Made by a program: the position numbers and the translations under genes. Shown here one piece after another: positions 1 to 12,093 of a stretch of DNA of 64,000 nucleotides; positions within the stretch are counted from its first letter, which is position 1; each line of letters begins with the position of its first letter. This stretch comes from Chrysomallon squamiferum (lineage: Eukaryota > Animalia > Mollusca), in the NCBI GenBank assembly GCA_012295275.1, contig CM022672.1, forward strand, positions 31,744,001 through 31,808,000, given 5' to 3'. The notes below the pieces were generated by a model, which saw only the letters and a program-made list of their open reading frames with translations, was not told the DNA's origin and ran no database searches.

Positions 1-8
1 ACACTCAC

Positions 9-45
<37 letters not shown>

Positions 46-242
46 GCTATTATAGTTGTTGCTATTATTATTATTATTATTATTATTATTTGCGTTTGTC
101 TAATTATTTACATATTTGTGTTTTTGTTTAAAACATGCTACTCATATAATGTGTATAGAAACAGAGAAAAGAACAATTTAAAATATAAGATTTATCCACG
201 TACACACATGTACACTATCGATAATCCATCAATATTAAACAC

Positions 243-244
<2 letters not shown>

Positions 245-318
<74 letters not shown>
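245..318. repeat. (GA)n microsatellite followed by (CA)n
   Basis: Perfect GA dinucleotide run. Confidence 0.95.
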
Positions 319-321
<3 letters not shown>

Positions 322-1806
322 ACACACACAGACACAGATACAGGTGGAGAATGTTGGCGAATAATATCTCTAATGTTCTAAATGTGAGAACATTTATTCA
401 TATGCATTAATAAAACAGCATCTACAATTCTACGTAATACAATTTGATTCACTCTCATTACCGTTTTAAAGAAGACATCCGATTGTTCCGCGACGTCATG
501 TCTAGACTGGCCCTTAAACATGTATAATTAATAAATTTTCAGTCAGTTAATTAAATAATCAGTTTAATGAAAGGAAAGTACATTCCGAACAACATAACGA
601 CTGAGTTTAACGACTATCAGTCAAAAGTGTTGCTTACTTGCGTTTAAGAATAGTTCGTTTGAAATCTCGTAATAAAGAGAATCATTGTGTCATTGTTTTG
701 TTAACCACCTATGCGATTATCTTTTCGTGCAGTAACTGAGCACGTGCGTAATTTTGTCCTCTAAATTTGGACTTTGAGTGTCATATAGGTGAACAGATGT
801 ATTTATTTATTCGTATTTTATTGAAAACATTTTGCTTTATCACGCAAAAAGAAAAAAAAAATGCACTAAATTGTATTCATGTTACAACTAAGTACATCAT
901 TTACATGCTAAACTTTCTCGTATACTGTTTTTCTGTGTGTTGTGCTTCTAGTGTTGGTATTGTAATATTAATAATATTCTGATCACTTTAACTCCCTCTG
1001 CTAAAATCCGACATAGACAAAAACATAAATATTCATGATATTTACATATACGCTGTACTCAGAGTTCACATGCGGAATATATATTAACTTTCTTTACAAC
1101 TAAACGTATCACGCATAAAATTTAAAATTTATTTTCTGTTACTGTCATTCAGGCGCTAATTTGTAATCCTCAGATTTTTTTTTGCATAATTTCCGTAACT
1201 CTAACTCAGGCATGAAAATTATCTAAATGTTTGCATAATAATAAAAGCTTCTGAATCAAATTCTGAATTTCACGGGTGTTTGTATTGTGTCTAACATCTG
1301 ATTTTATTATCGACTTTGTAGGAAAAAAAATGTCAGATATTTCAGTGATACGTTCTCATATAAAAACAACTTTGTGACGTTATAAATTATCCTCATAAGA
1401 CACTGAAAATAATTAAAAACGTAAATCGCGACAAAGAGGATTTTTTTTTTTTTTTTTTTTAATTTTACTAAACGTATTATAAATAAATATCAGTGTATGC
1501 ATAATTTTTGTACAGAACAAAATAATAAAAACTGCATGTTCGTAAGTAAAACTGGTCGAAAGTTGTATTAGCTATTTTACCGATGTCGTCTTGGATCTGT
1601 TTATCAGTTTGATACCCCAGTTCGAAGTGTCTCGTTAACTAATAGTCATTTAGCAAGTAAGATAACGTTCCAAAGTATCAACAAAAATTTCATAGTCAGG
1701 TACTGAAAGCATTAGTGTATGTATTAGCGGTCTTCGGCACATAACTTTTATGTTACAATCGGGAAGCTGGCAGACGTATTCTACAATGTTATAGACAGTA
1801 AAGAAA

Positions 1807-1843
<37 letters not shown>

Positions 1844-2396
1844 AAGTATAAATTTGTAAAACAAACAAAAGAAAGTCCTAAATGAAAGGGGCACTTCTCA
1901 AATTTTAGGGGGGGGGTGTCCGGACACCTTGGACCCCCCCACTCCTGATCCGCTCGAGACTGTTAATAACGAGGTTTGACTTGCAGTTAATAAAACGATC
2001 TCGTTGGCTAACAATATTCGTAACGACATTTTTGCAGATCGTGAACATTTTGTCAGCGACTAGATGTTAACTAGATAGCGTAGTACACAACGGGAACACG
2101 GCTTCGGGACTGGTTTTTTAAAAATACCGGATCCACGTCAATGAAAAAAAAACAACAAGTTGGCGGACACGGACGCAGATTCGGAACGGAATAATAAATG
2201 TACCGCGACGTCGGTTAAATGATTTTGTACGGATGTGTGGATTAGGATGCGGATTATGTATCACGAATAACTGGATGACTATCTTTATGAAGAGGGTTCA
2301 TACTCTCGAAGAATGTTAATATATATATATTCTTCGAGAGTATATATATATGTATATGTATATAAATATATATAATTTAAAAAAATGTTTTGACAT

Positions 2397-2443
<47 letters not shown>

Positions 2444-2582
2444 GACGATGATGATGAATAATAATAATGATGAGGATGATGAAATTTTTACAAAGTACTT
2501 ATTTCACTAACATCGAGTTCTTTATATTGTGTCCATTCACTTCTTATTTGCACTTAGGTCTATGTAATATTAATAATAACAT

Positions 2583-2619
<37 letters not shown>

Positions 2620-3052
2620 AATGTTTAGAATGTTTAATTATATACAATAACGATGAAGATTCAGTATCGCTTCTTAACATTTTCGTAAAATCAAAACTGC
2701 AAACGATCATAATCGGATCAGTTCATGGTTAAGGGGAGATAATCACAAACTGAGAAAATAAATAAATTATTACTTAAGCTTATACTCACGCAATCACTAC
2801 TATCTTTACTGGTTTAAAACTACCACGTCTGCTGTTGCTGCGACTGTTACGTTTACAACTACCACCACTTCCACTGCTTATACATCAACTTTCATTATTA
2901 CTGCTAATACTAGTACAACTACAACAACCACTACTTTTTCTTCTATTACTGCTATTATTATTATTATTATTCTTGTAATGCTGTCATTGTTGTCATTGTT
3001 GCTGTATTTATTATGATTATTATTATTGTTATTGTTGTTGTTACTATTATTT

Positions 3053-3102
<50 letters not shown>

Positions 3103-3106
3103 TATT

Positions 3107-3141
<35 letters not shown>

Positions 3142-3158
3142 TTTTACTTTTTTTTCAG

Positions 3159-3221
3159 GCCCTCTTTGTTTGTTTGACCGAGGCTTTCAACATGGGAGGC
3201 GGTTTATATGGATGTAATATG
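3159..3221 (+). CDS. Gly-rich protein exon: signal-peptide end and mature N-terminus (ALFVCLTEAFNMGGGLYGCNM)
   Basis: tttttcag acceptor, gtacga donor at 3222, 63 nt, phase 0/0. Different frame from the ORF-track call. Confidence 0.75.
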
Positions 3222-3392
3222 GTACGAATTTGAATTATTAAAAATAAAATGATTATAAAAAATTTGAAAAAATTGTTTTATAGTTTACATGCATTTCTAT
3301 GAAATGACAAAAACATCAGCTAATTCTCTATTTATTTATATATAATTACCATTTTATTTATTTATTAATTTATTATTATTATTAATTTTTTT

Positions 3393-3426
<34 letters not shown>

Positions 3427-4388
3427 TTTTTCATTTTATTATTTTTATTTTTTATTTATTTTTTTTTAAATTTTGTTCTCTTTAATGGTCAATAAAAACA
3501 AGTCAGTCATGTATTACCGTTATGCATTTTACAATGGAAATTAATAAAATTATTTTGACGTAATTATGTTATTTGCGTAATTTTTTAAATAATCCATACT
3601 GAAAATAGTCAAATTGATACGCTTCAATTAAAGAACGTAAACTAATTTTTAAAGTCGATATTTCAAATCAAAAACGTACAAGGTCAGTACAGTGCTATTC
3701 TAATTTACATATTTAATTTATGATAAAACATTTATTTGTTTTAATTTCAGTACACGTGCTCTCAAGGCTATTACTGTCAAATGCAGTTTCAAAGACCTAT
3801 TTGTATCTGTGAGTATTACAGTAACGACTACTGCAGCGTAATCACTACAATTACACTACTGTAACGACAACAACTACTACTACTACTAATACCTGTTTGT
3901 ATCTGAGATATTACTACAACGTAATCACAACAATTACACTACTGTAACGACAACTACGACTACTACTACTGCTATTATTCTATTATTACTACTTCTAATG
4001 CCTGTCTGTATCTGTGAATATTACAGCAACAACTAACTATAACGCAATAACAACAATTACACTACTGTAACGACAACTACGACTACTACTACTACTGCTA
4101 CTACTATTACCACTACTAATACCATTACTACTACTACTACTACTACTACCGGTGCTACTACTATTATTACTACAACAGCAGCTACTACTACTACTATTAC
4201 TATTACAACTACTACTATTACTAGTAGTACAACTACTGCTACTACGACCAACACTATTATTCTGACATTACTACCACAACAACACCAGCAACAACTATGA
4301 CGTAACTTTATTAATACTGTTGCTGCAGTAGCAATAACTACAACCACTACTATTACTATTACGACAGCTACTACTCCTTAATCACCAT

Positions 4389-4421
<33 letters not shown>

Positions 4422-4848
4422 AACTATTACTACACTAACATCAGTATCATTATAACTACCTTATTAATTTGTTTTGCTGTGTTTCCTTAAACTTGGTAAT
4501 GAACATGATACTAATTAATTAATTAAACGAGCAATTAACATAATAATTAATAACCTTTTGTTCTATTTAGGTCGGAACGGTGGAATGGGTGGAGGTATGG
4601 GTAATGGAATGGGGGGAGGAATTGGCGGCGGTATGGGGGGAGGAATTGGCGGTGGTATGGGGGGAGGAATTGGCGGAGGAGGAATCGGGGGTATCGGTGG
4701 AGGAGGAATTGGCGGTGTAGGAGGAGGAATGTGTTACCATGGATACCAGTATTACCCAAGGAATGGAATGAATGGAGGGATGGGTGGGGTAGGGGGGTTC
4801 GCCTCGGCAGCGGAGAAGAAGGGGCCAGCAAAAGCGATAAAGCCATAA
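3159..4848 (+). CDS. Secreted Gly/Met-rich protein with an N-terminal follistatin-N/EGF-like Cys module, 5'-partial; join(3159-3221,3751-3808,4571-4848)
   Basis: Three exons with canonical AG/GT sites splice in compatible phases (0,0,1) into ALFVCLTEA-FNMGGGLYGCNM-YTCSQGYYCQMQFQRPICI-CRNGGMGGG...KP*. ALFVCLTEA looks like the end of a signal peptide. AATAAA at 4865. Confidence 0.8.
3751..3808 (+). CDS. Gly-rich protein exon: Cys module (YTCSQGYYCQMQFQRPICI)
   Basis: ttaatttcag acceptor, gtgagt donor at 3809, 58 nt, phase 0/1. T+GT forms a Cys codon with the next exon. Confidence 0.75.
3809..4440. repeat. Intronic degenerate (ACT)n with three ~100-bp units that copy the exon/intron junction
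   Basis: cct(a/g)t(t/c)tgtatctg...caattacactactgtaacgacaac recurs at ~3795, 3891 and 4001. Confidence 0.85.
4571..4848 (+). CDS. Gly-rich protein last exon: (GGGM/GGGI)n, Tyr-rich motif, Lys-rich tail
   Basis: ttctatttag acceptor. Varied Gly codons (gga/ggt/ggc/ggg) indicate a coding repeat rather than a microsatellite. TAA at 4846-4848. Confidence 0.88.
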
Positions 4849-5486
4849 AAAAGAAATATATATTAATAAAAAAATAAAAAATAAATAAATAGAATCACTG
4901 TGTATTATTGTGGTAGTAAAGAAATAAAATATTGTATTTATCTAATTATTATTATTATTATTATTATTATTAAATATTATTTAACAATAAATTTCTTTCC
5001 CGATAGAGTAATTTGCACACTCACACACACACACACACACCAACACACACACACAGACACACACAGACACACAGACACACCCACACACAGACACACCCAC
5101 ACACAGTCACACACACAGACACACACACAAAGAGACATACACACACAGAGACAAACACACACACCTACAAAAGGACATAAAAACTCAGGTATTTTTCCTA
5201 AGTCCAGGTTAGATTGACCTGCAAAGAAAACAAAGATCCTGTTTCGCTTCGATAATTTTTATTACCTGTCAGGAAGAAAGAAAGAAAGAAAAAAAAAAAA
5301 AAAATGACGTCGGTGTTATTTAATCCTATACGAAAAGATCTACAGCAATAAAAAATTAAAAATAAGAATTGAAAAAAAAAAAATAAAATAAAATAAAAAA
5401 TATAACCCGGATAAGGTTTGAACTTCCTATTACAAATATAAACCATGAGTATGACGCCACCAGATTTTACCGAAGTACACAGTTAC

Positions 5487-5537
<51 letters not shown>

Positions 5538-6382
5538 AAATAGACACTCGTTAACAGGAACAAACATTTAGAATATATACTGTGCCTGAACAAAAAGGTC
5601 AGAGAGAGAAAAAAAAAAATGTCACGAAATTTATGGGTTTGCCCCTTTTAACCTTTCAAAAGTTAATTTATCTCCCCTGTTTGATTCGGTAATTTACGCT
5701 ACTGCCTGTTTAAATCAAATAACAAACTGCAAATGTTAAAATACAGTTTATGTTTTATTTTATTTTCGAGCAGAAATAACAATAACACATAACAGTGTTA
5801 TTTCACTTATGCGTGAACAATATACATGCCAGTATAAATATTAACAAACTACCGAATACCAGGCAGTGAAAACACATTAATAAATTCGCTTTCCTTGCAG
5901 GCAAAACTCTTTGTATACCTTTGGGCAACACTTTACCTGTGTTGGGAAAATTTGTTAATGGGTTTAGAAGATGGCGTCTTGTACGCGCGCTATGAAATTT
6001 TAAAGTTATAATTAAAGAAAAATCAATCAAATAATAATAATGATAAAAAAGGTGAGACGTAATTTTTATATATATATATATATATATAAAACTTCCCTGA
6101 ATAATTAAGCTGGTCAGATTATGCTCAGTTAGGGCCGAAACTTATGTCTCTGCCGAAACTTATGTAAACTATACTGAGTTTATTTTGGGAAAGATTTCAT
6201 GTTAGGAACGTGTACAATTTTCACGGTAAAATTTTATTATTTTATTTTATTAATATTATATCCTGCAGAAATTTCTAATATTTACGGAAATCATTCTTAG
6301 CAGAAACGAAAATGTCACCATTTTCTTTTAAGGGTTTGTGTATAACATATGATTCGCGATGGATAAATAAGTAATTATGAAA

Positions 6383-6429
<47 letters not shown>

Positions 6430-6446
6430 ACCAAGCATAATAAAAA

Positions 6447-6481
<35 letters not shown>

Positions 6482-7032
6482 TTTTGCAGTTATATACCTT
6501 TTTCAAACCAATAATTTAAAAAAGTAAATTTTTTTTTTTTTTTTTTTAAATTAGACTCTAAAATTTTAAAACTTTAAAACCATTATTCGCCTGTAGCGTG
6601 ACACATTAATACTTTGAAATGTGCATAAATAATTTTGTCATCTCAGTAACATTACGGAGCATTTCTTATTGTTACCTTAAATCCCTGAGAGGTATATTTT
6701 TTTATATTTTTATCTTTGTTAGTTCGGAAACAGAACCCGTGAATGCTGTTAAATATACAAAGTTTCTATTACATAATTCTAGCTGTGCGTGACATTCAGT
6801 AATTATTATGGTTAAGGATTAGTTCTAAATCTGGTAACAACTGCTATGAAAGGTTGAGTGTTGATTATGTAATAGTTATGTGGTTACTGATACCATCTCG
6901 TTAGACTTGTCCCGTGTTGAGTTACAGAGCTTAAAGTGTGTGTGTGTACTGGGATGCACACGGACATGCGCAGTCACGCACACACACGCGCACACAGCCT
7001 AACACATCATACAGAAAAATGCATAACCACAA

Positions 7033-7086
<54 letters not shown>

Positions 7087-8112
7087 GCACTCAGACACAT
7101 ATACACATAATAGACAAATGCACACTTAAACACACACACAAGACAAATGCATATTTAAACACACACACACACACACATAATGAGAGAGACACACTCACAC
7201 ACACCGCTACAAACACACCTATATTTACAGAGAGTGATATATAGACACACATGAACAAACTTTATCTGAAACATAAATCATAGGTGTATCGTTTAAAGTT
7301 GAATTTTAAGTTATGAATTTAAAAACCAGACAGTGATATTCACGTCTGAGTTCCACGTCTGTCGCGAGATTTAGCTCGATCCTGTGAAAGCAAATAGAGC
7401 GCTGAAAACTATTATATTCACTGTTAACACATTTTGGTTTCCCAGTCGGCGTCCATGTTAAATATGATAAAAATGAATTAATATAAAAAAAAAAAAAAAA
7501 GAAAAAAAAAAGAAAAAAAAGAAATAGGGCATTCATCTGTACTCTTTCCTTAACAACAAACGACCTTGTTATTTCTTATTTTATATTTTTTTTTTTTTTT
7601 TTTCTTCAGTAGGTTGATCTATTAAAATATCATCATCTGCGACCGAGTATATGTCTATCAATAAATTCTTTAAATTAGCCTAATTTTTTTATATCGATAA
7701 TAAATAGTGTAAGTTTTTATTTAGGCCAGAGATGTGAATAATACTAATAACAACAACAATAATAGTAACAAAGAACCAATAAAAAAAAATAATAATAATA
7801 ATACAAAAATTTCTGTGTAAATAAATAAAATAAAAGTTCCCAAATGTTTTGAAAAGTTTTAAACATATCTTATAAAATATAAACTCTTTTCAATCCCCAT
7901 TCTAGAGACCTAATTTTATTTTTTATTTTATTTTATTCTTTATTATTATTATTATTATTATTTTTAAAACAATTAAAGTCTTTTTGTTTTTAAATTTTTT
8001 TTTTTTTTTATCTGTTCTTGTTTTTTTCCTTGTTCGTCTTTTTTTACGTTATAAACGGTACGCGCCCCCAAACAAGGTCGTGCACGCGTCTTTCCCCTGA
8101 CTTCTTGACTAT

Positions 8113-8260
8113 CCAATCAGAAAGCGTTTCCATCCGCCAATCATCTGCCTTTAATAGAACTGCCATCACATGAAAAGCTGACGAACGTAAATATATGTTT
8201 AGTTGGGTGTTGGTCAGTAGCGTTAATTAGTGTTTTTTTCACTCCTTTATGTAGCGAAAG
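8113..8260 (+). promoter_or_regulatory. Putative GS core promoter and non-coding first exon
   Basis: CCAAT at 8113 and 8137, TATA-like taaatata at 8188-8195 about 28 nt before a TCAGT initiator (8214-8218), then a consensus AAG|gtaagt donor at 8261. Confidence 0.65.
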
Positions 8261-9819
8261 GTAAGTCTTTATTTTTATTTTTAAAATAAATTAGTAACGC
8301 AGCATTTTAAAACAAATATTGTAATTCCGCTCTTGTTTCAGATGTCATATTTTATTTTTCTTTCGTTTTTATTTTTTTTCGTTTTTTTTTTTTTTATATA
8401 ATTCCCGAAACAGTGCTAAAAGCACGGACATCTATGTCGCCTGATGCTTTATTAAAATGAATGAATGATTTAATACGACTGATACAACGTTACAAAATCA
8501 GAACAAAATGCATTTCTTTCAAGAAGTTAGTGATATTTGCATGCGTTCATCGGCCGATGCACTGAGACACAGTCTTGGTTCGAGTTTTTGCGTCTGCTTC
8601 GTCAGTCTTTTGTTATTGCGAACAGCTGACCGATTACTTTGAAATGTCGTTCACGTCGACACACATTTCTCACGCACAGATCGCGTGCCGAGCGAGCACC
8701 TCAGCCGCCGCCGCCATCGTTGCTGATGTACGAATTCAGTGCAGTTGGTTCATCCTGTTAAGTATTATCGTAGACAATGCCTTTATTTTTTTTTATTATT
8801 TTTTTTTTTTATCTGTATCTGTCAGAGTATTGGAAATGTATAAATTTTAATAATGCATTTAAATGCATTTCAATAAAATTTCAAATTATATATTTAAATG
8901 CATAGGAGCATAATTATGCAATTAACAGATGTTTACAACACTAAAACAAAACAAAAAACGTAGCGTATAACCGTATAAAAAAAAAATATATATATAAATT
9001 CATTAACATGTACATAATTTTTAATTTATTTTTTATTTATTTATTTATTATTATTATTATATATTTTTTTATTATATATGAAATGGAATGAAACACACAC
9101 AGAGAGACAGACAGAACTCACTTTATTTTATTTACTTGTTTTTTTTATTACTGACTGATGACAGTGGTAAGAACTTGCTTTTGCAGAATATAGCTTCAGT
9201 CCTGTTGTATTTTCCCCATTCCAACCAGTGCTGTTAAAAATACATATATCACCTGTTTTTCAAATGCCATTGTGATTCTTCAGTTTTGCAAGGTGAAATA
9301 TAAAATATCCAGTCATTTAAAAAAACATAATAAAATAAAAGTATATAACGAACAAAAAAGAAAAACAAAAAATGAAAAAGCTGACAAATTTCTTGTCCAT
9401 AATTTGTGTTACAGTTCAGTGTAATTAAGTAACATGTTTTCTTTCTGTTAGTCTTAATAATGATCATGATTTTTATTGCAGCAAATTTTGAATTAATTTA
9501 CAAAGTAGTAGATATTACTGTATGATCTGTAAACATTAGATTTTAAATGAAATAAAGTGAAGGTGAGAAAATTGTTAACTTACTCATTCCAGTCTATAGT
9601 TATTGCATGTTTTTTCAGATTGCTTATGTAGGATAGTTACAAGTTTATCATGAGTTACAGAATTAATCATATTTGTCATTATATTAGGTATATTATTATG
9701 ACTCAGACAATAAATAACATTTATCATTGTTAGATATATAACTACGAGTCAAAAAATAAATATTTGTCATTTTATTATATTATTATGAGTCAAAAGAATA
9801 AAAATAACACTTGTCATTG

Positions 9820-9824
<5 letters not shown>

Positions 9825-9906
<82 letters not shown>
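9825..9906. repeat. (TA)n microsatellite
   Basis: Perfect TA run. Confidence 0.95.
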
Positions 9907-9911
<5 letters not shown>

Positions 9912-10236
9912 TCATTTTAATATATAATGGTTATTAATTAATTCTTTGAATCAGCATAAGCTTGCAGCTAGCCTACATAAGCAATAGTTTTATATTTTAT
10001 TTTATTTTTTTTTTCAATTTATTTTATTTTATTTTATTTTATTTTATTTTTTTTATTTCATTTCATTTTTTTTTTTTTTTTTTTCCCTCTTGTTTAGGGA
10101 ATGGTAGACTGCATATTTAACATCCTATAAGAACTGGAAAACGAACACACTTTAGAAATTTCAGAAATTTTATTTGTCTCTAACTGTATAGTGTAATATG
10201 ATTTTTCTTCTTTGCCAGTGATTTCCAACAGCAAAA

Positions 10237-10396
10237 ATGGGAGCACCGCAGACAGACAAGAAGGTTTTGGAGAAGTTTATGGAGCTGGACTTGCCAGATG
10301 ACAAATGTATGTGTGAATACATCTGGATAGATGGAACAGGGGAGGGTCTGAGGTCAAAGTGTCGAACCCTGGACAATGTCCCAAAAAGTGTCAAAG
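10237..10396 (+). CDS. GLUL: GS coding exon 1 ([14 protein letters not shown]...NVPKSVK)
   Basis: aaaaATGG start after the acceptor at 10218; in-frame TGA upstream; donor gtcagt. Confidence 0.93.
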
Positions 10397-12061
10397 GTCA
10401 GTAAGCAAAGTTTCAAGAAGCTGTATAAATTTCTGTGAACGTATCAGTCAGCTTTTATCTAGACTGAGGTAGTTTAAAAGAATCTCTGTAATTCAGTTAT
10501 CAGTTATTTTTGAAGAGCCCCAATCTTTTGGGAGATAATTTTCCCATATTAAAAAATAATAAAGTTTAAATTTAATCACTGTTGTAATTTATTTTCTGCA
10601 TACAGAGTATAGAGAAATAAAGATATAAATATAGTCTCAAAATTTTAAAGATATAAAACACATTCAAATGCTGAATCTATTACCAAGATATATTTTTCAT
10701 ATATTTAATAATTAAGAGGCCTCATAATTCATTTCTGTTAATATCGGAGTAAGGGTAAAACCTGTTAAAATCCGGTATCATTCCATGAGATATTTTCCAT
10801 ACATTTTTGTTTTTAAATTCAATATTGATTTAAGAAAAATTCTTTATTCTTTAATAATTAACAGATTACCCAGAGTGGAATTTTGATGGATCCAGCACAT
10901 ACCAGGCGGAAGGCTCTAATTCGGACATGTACCTGAAACCAGTGGCAGTTTTCCGAGATCCATTCCGGAAAGGACAGAACAAATTAGTCCTGTGCGAGGT
11001 GTTCAAGTACAACAAAAAACCTGCAGGTAGGTTTGTCTAATCTGTCTCCATAGCAACTCGAATCATCCATTTTTTGTTTTTTTTTATTCGAGGAACTTTA
11101 TTTTCATTAGAAAGAAAGAAAAAACTTGTCTTTATGTGAAAATGATGTTGTTGGTATGTTAATAGATTAGTAAAAAAAAAAAAAAATGAAAAATTAAATA
11201 AAAATGGTTGTTTGAGATTCATTAGTTTTGTGTTTGGATGACCAGAAATGTTTGTTACTGATGAATGGTTTTTAATTTTAATTAGGATTTTTATTAGCTC
11301 AGGTTGTTCTGTTTAGTTACAGAGCTTTTTTTTTTTTTTTTTACATATTTATTATTTTTGTCAGGTGTAGATTATATATACAGAAATGTAAAGATATCTA
11401 GGTTTGGCACACTTTCATTTTTTTTTTGCTGACATAATCATTTTAATCAGGTGATTCAACCAGCTGCATTCACAACTTTTCTAATAATAGTAACAGCTGC
11501 ATTAGCTTGAATAGTAACTGCAATATTTTCAGGTCATAAGATTTTTATTTTTATTTTTTTTTTTTGGTGACATGATCTTTGAACAAAGCATAGATATATT
11601 TTACATATCGGTTGTGGTGGTGGTGGTGGGGAGGATTAAGTCATTACGACCTGATAGGCTGGCAACTTGTCAAGTTCTGTTTTACCTGAGGTGAAAAATA
11701 AGTGTTCAAAGATAAGTTGATAATGTGAGAAGATTTGCATATTGTGTAATCTGCCTTTTGAAGAGCTCAGAGTGAATTGTTCATCACGTTTCAAGTGACT
11801 CTCCTACTGAATAAAATATAAAATGTATTTTTGAAGAAGTAAAAATACCCCCCCCCCCAAAAAAAATGAATTTACATTGTAATAAAAAAATACTAGATGT
11901 ATCAGAATTGAAGGGTATTGAAATAATTTTGATCTTGAGATCAGCAATATTTTTCTATAAAGTACAGTATTGTTGTATGAAAAAGGAATTAAATAGATAT
12001 TTTTTTATAATGTTTTTTTTTTTTTTTTTTTTAATAATTTATACAATGGGGTTCTTAATAC

Positions 12062-12093
<32 letters not shown>

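Noticed and set aside
905-2690. First (ATG) exon of the Gly-rich gene
   Set aside because: Candidates at ~905, ~1536 and ~2653 have the wrong phase or give too short a signal peptide; the exon may lie before the window.
4057-4347. Val-rich membrane protein ORF (or Thr-rich mucin on the other strand)
   Set aside because: Translation of a degenerate (ACT)n tract inside an intron of the Gly-rich gene.
4547-4846. Pro/His-rich minus-strand ORF
   Set aside because: Antisense shadow of the Gly-rich exon.
8575-8850. Upstream exon encoding a mitochondrial targeting peptide for GS
   Set aside because: A Ser/Thr/Ala-rich frame exists, but I found no good phase-1 donor to join it to the ATG exon.
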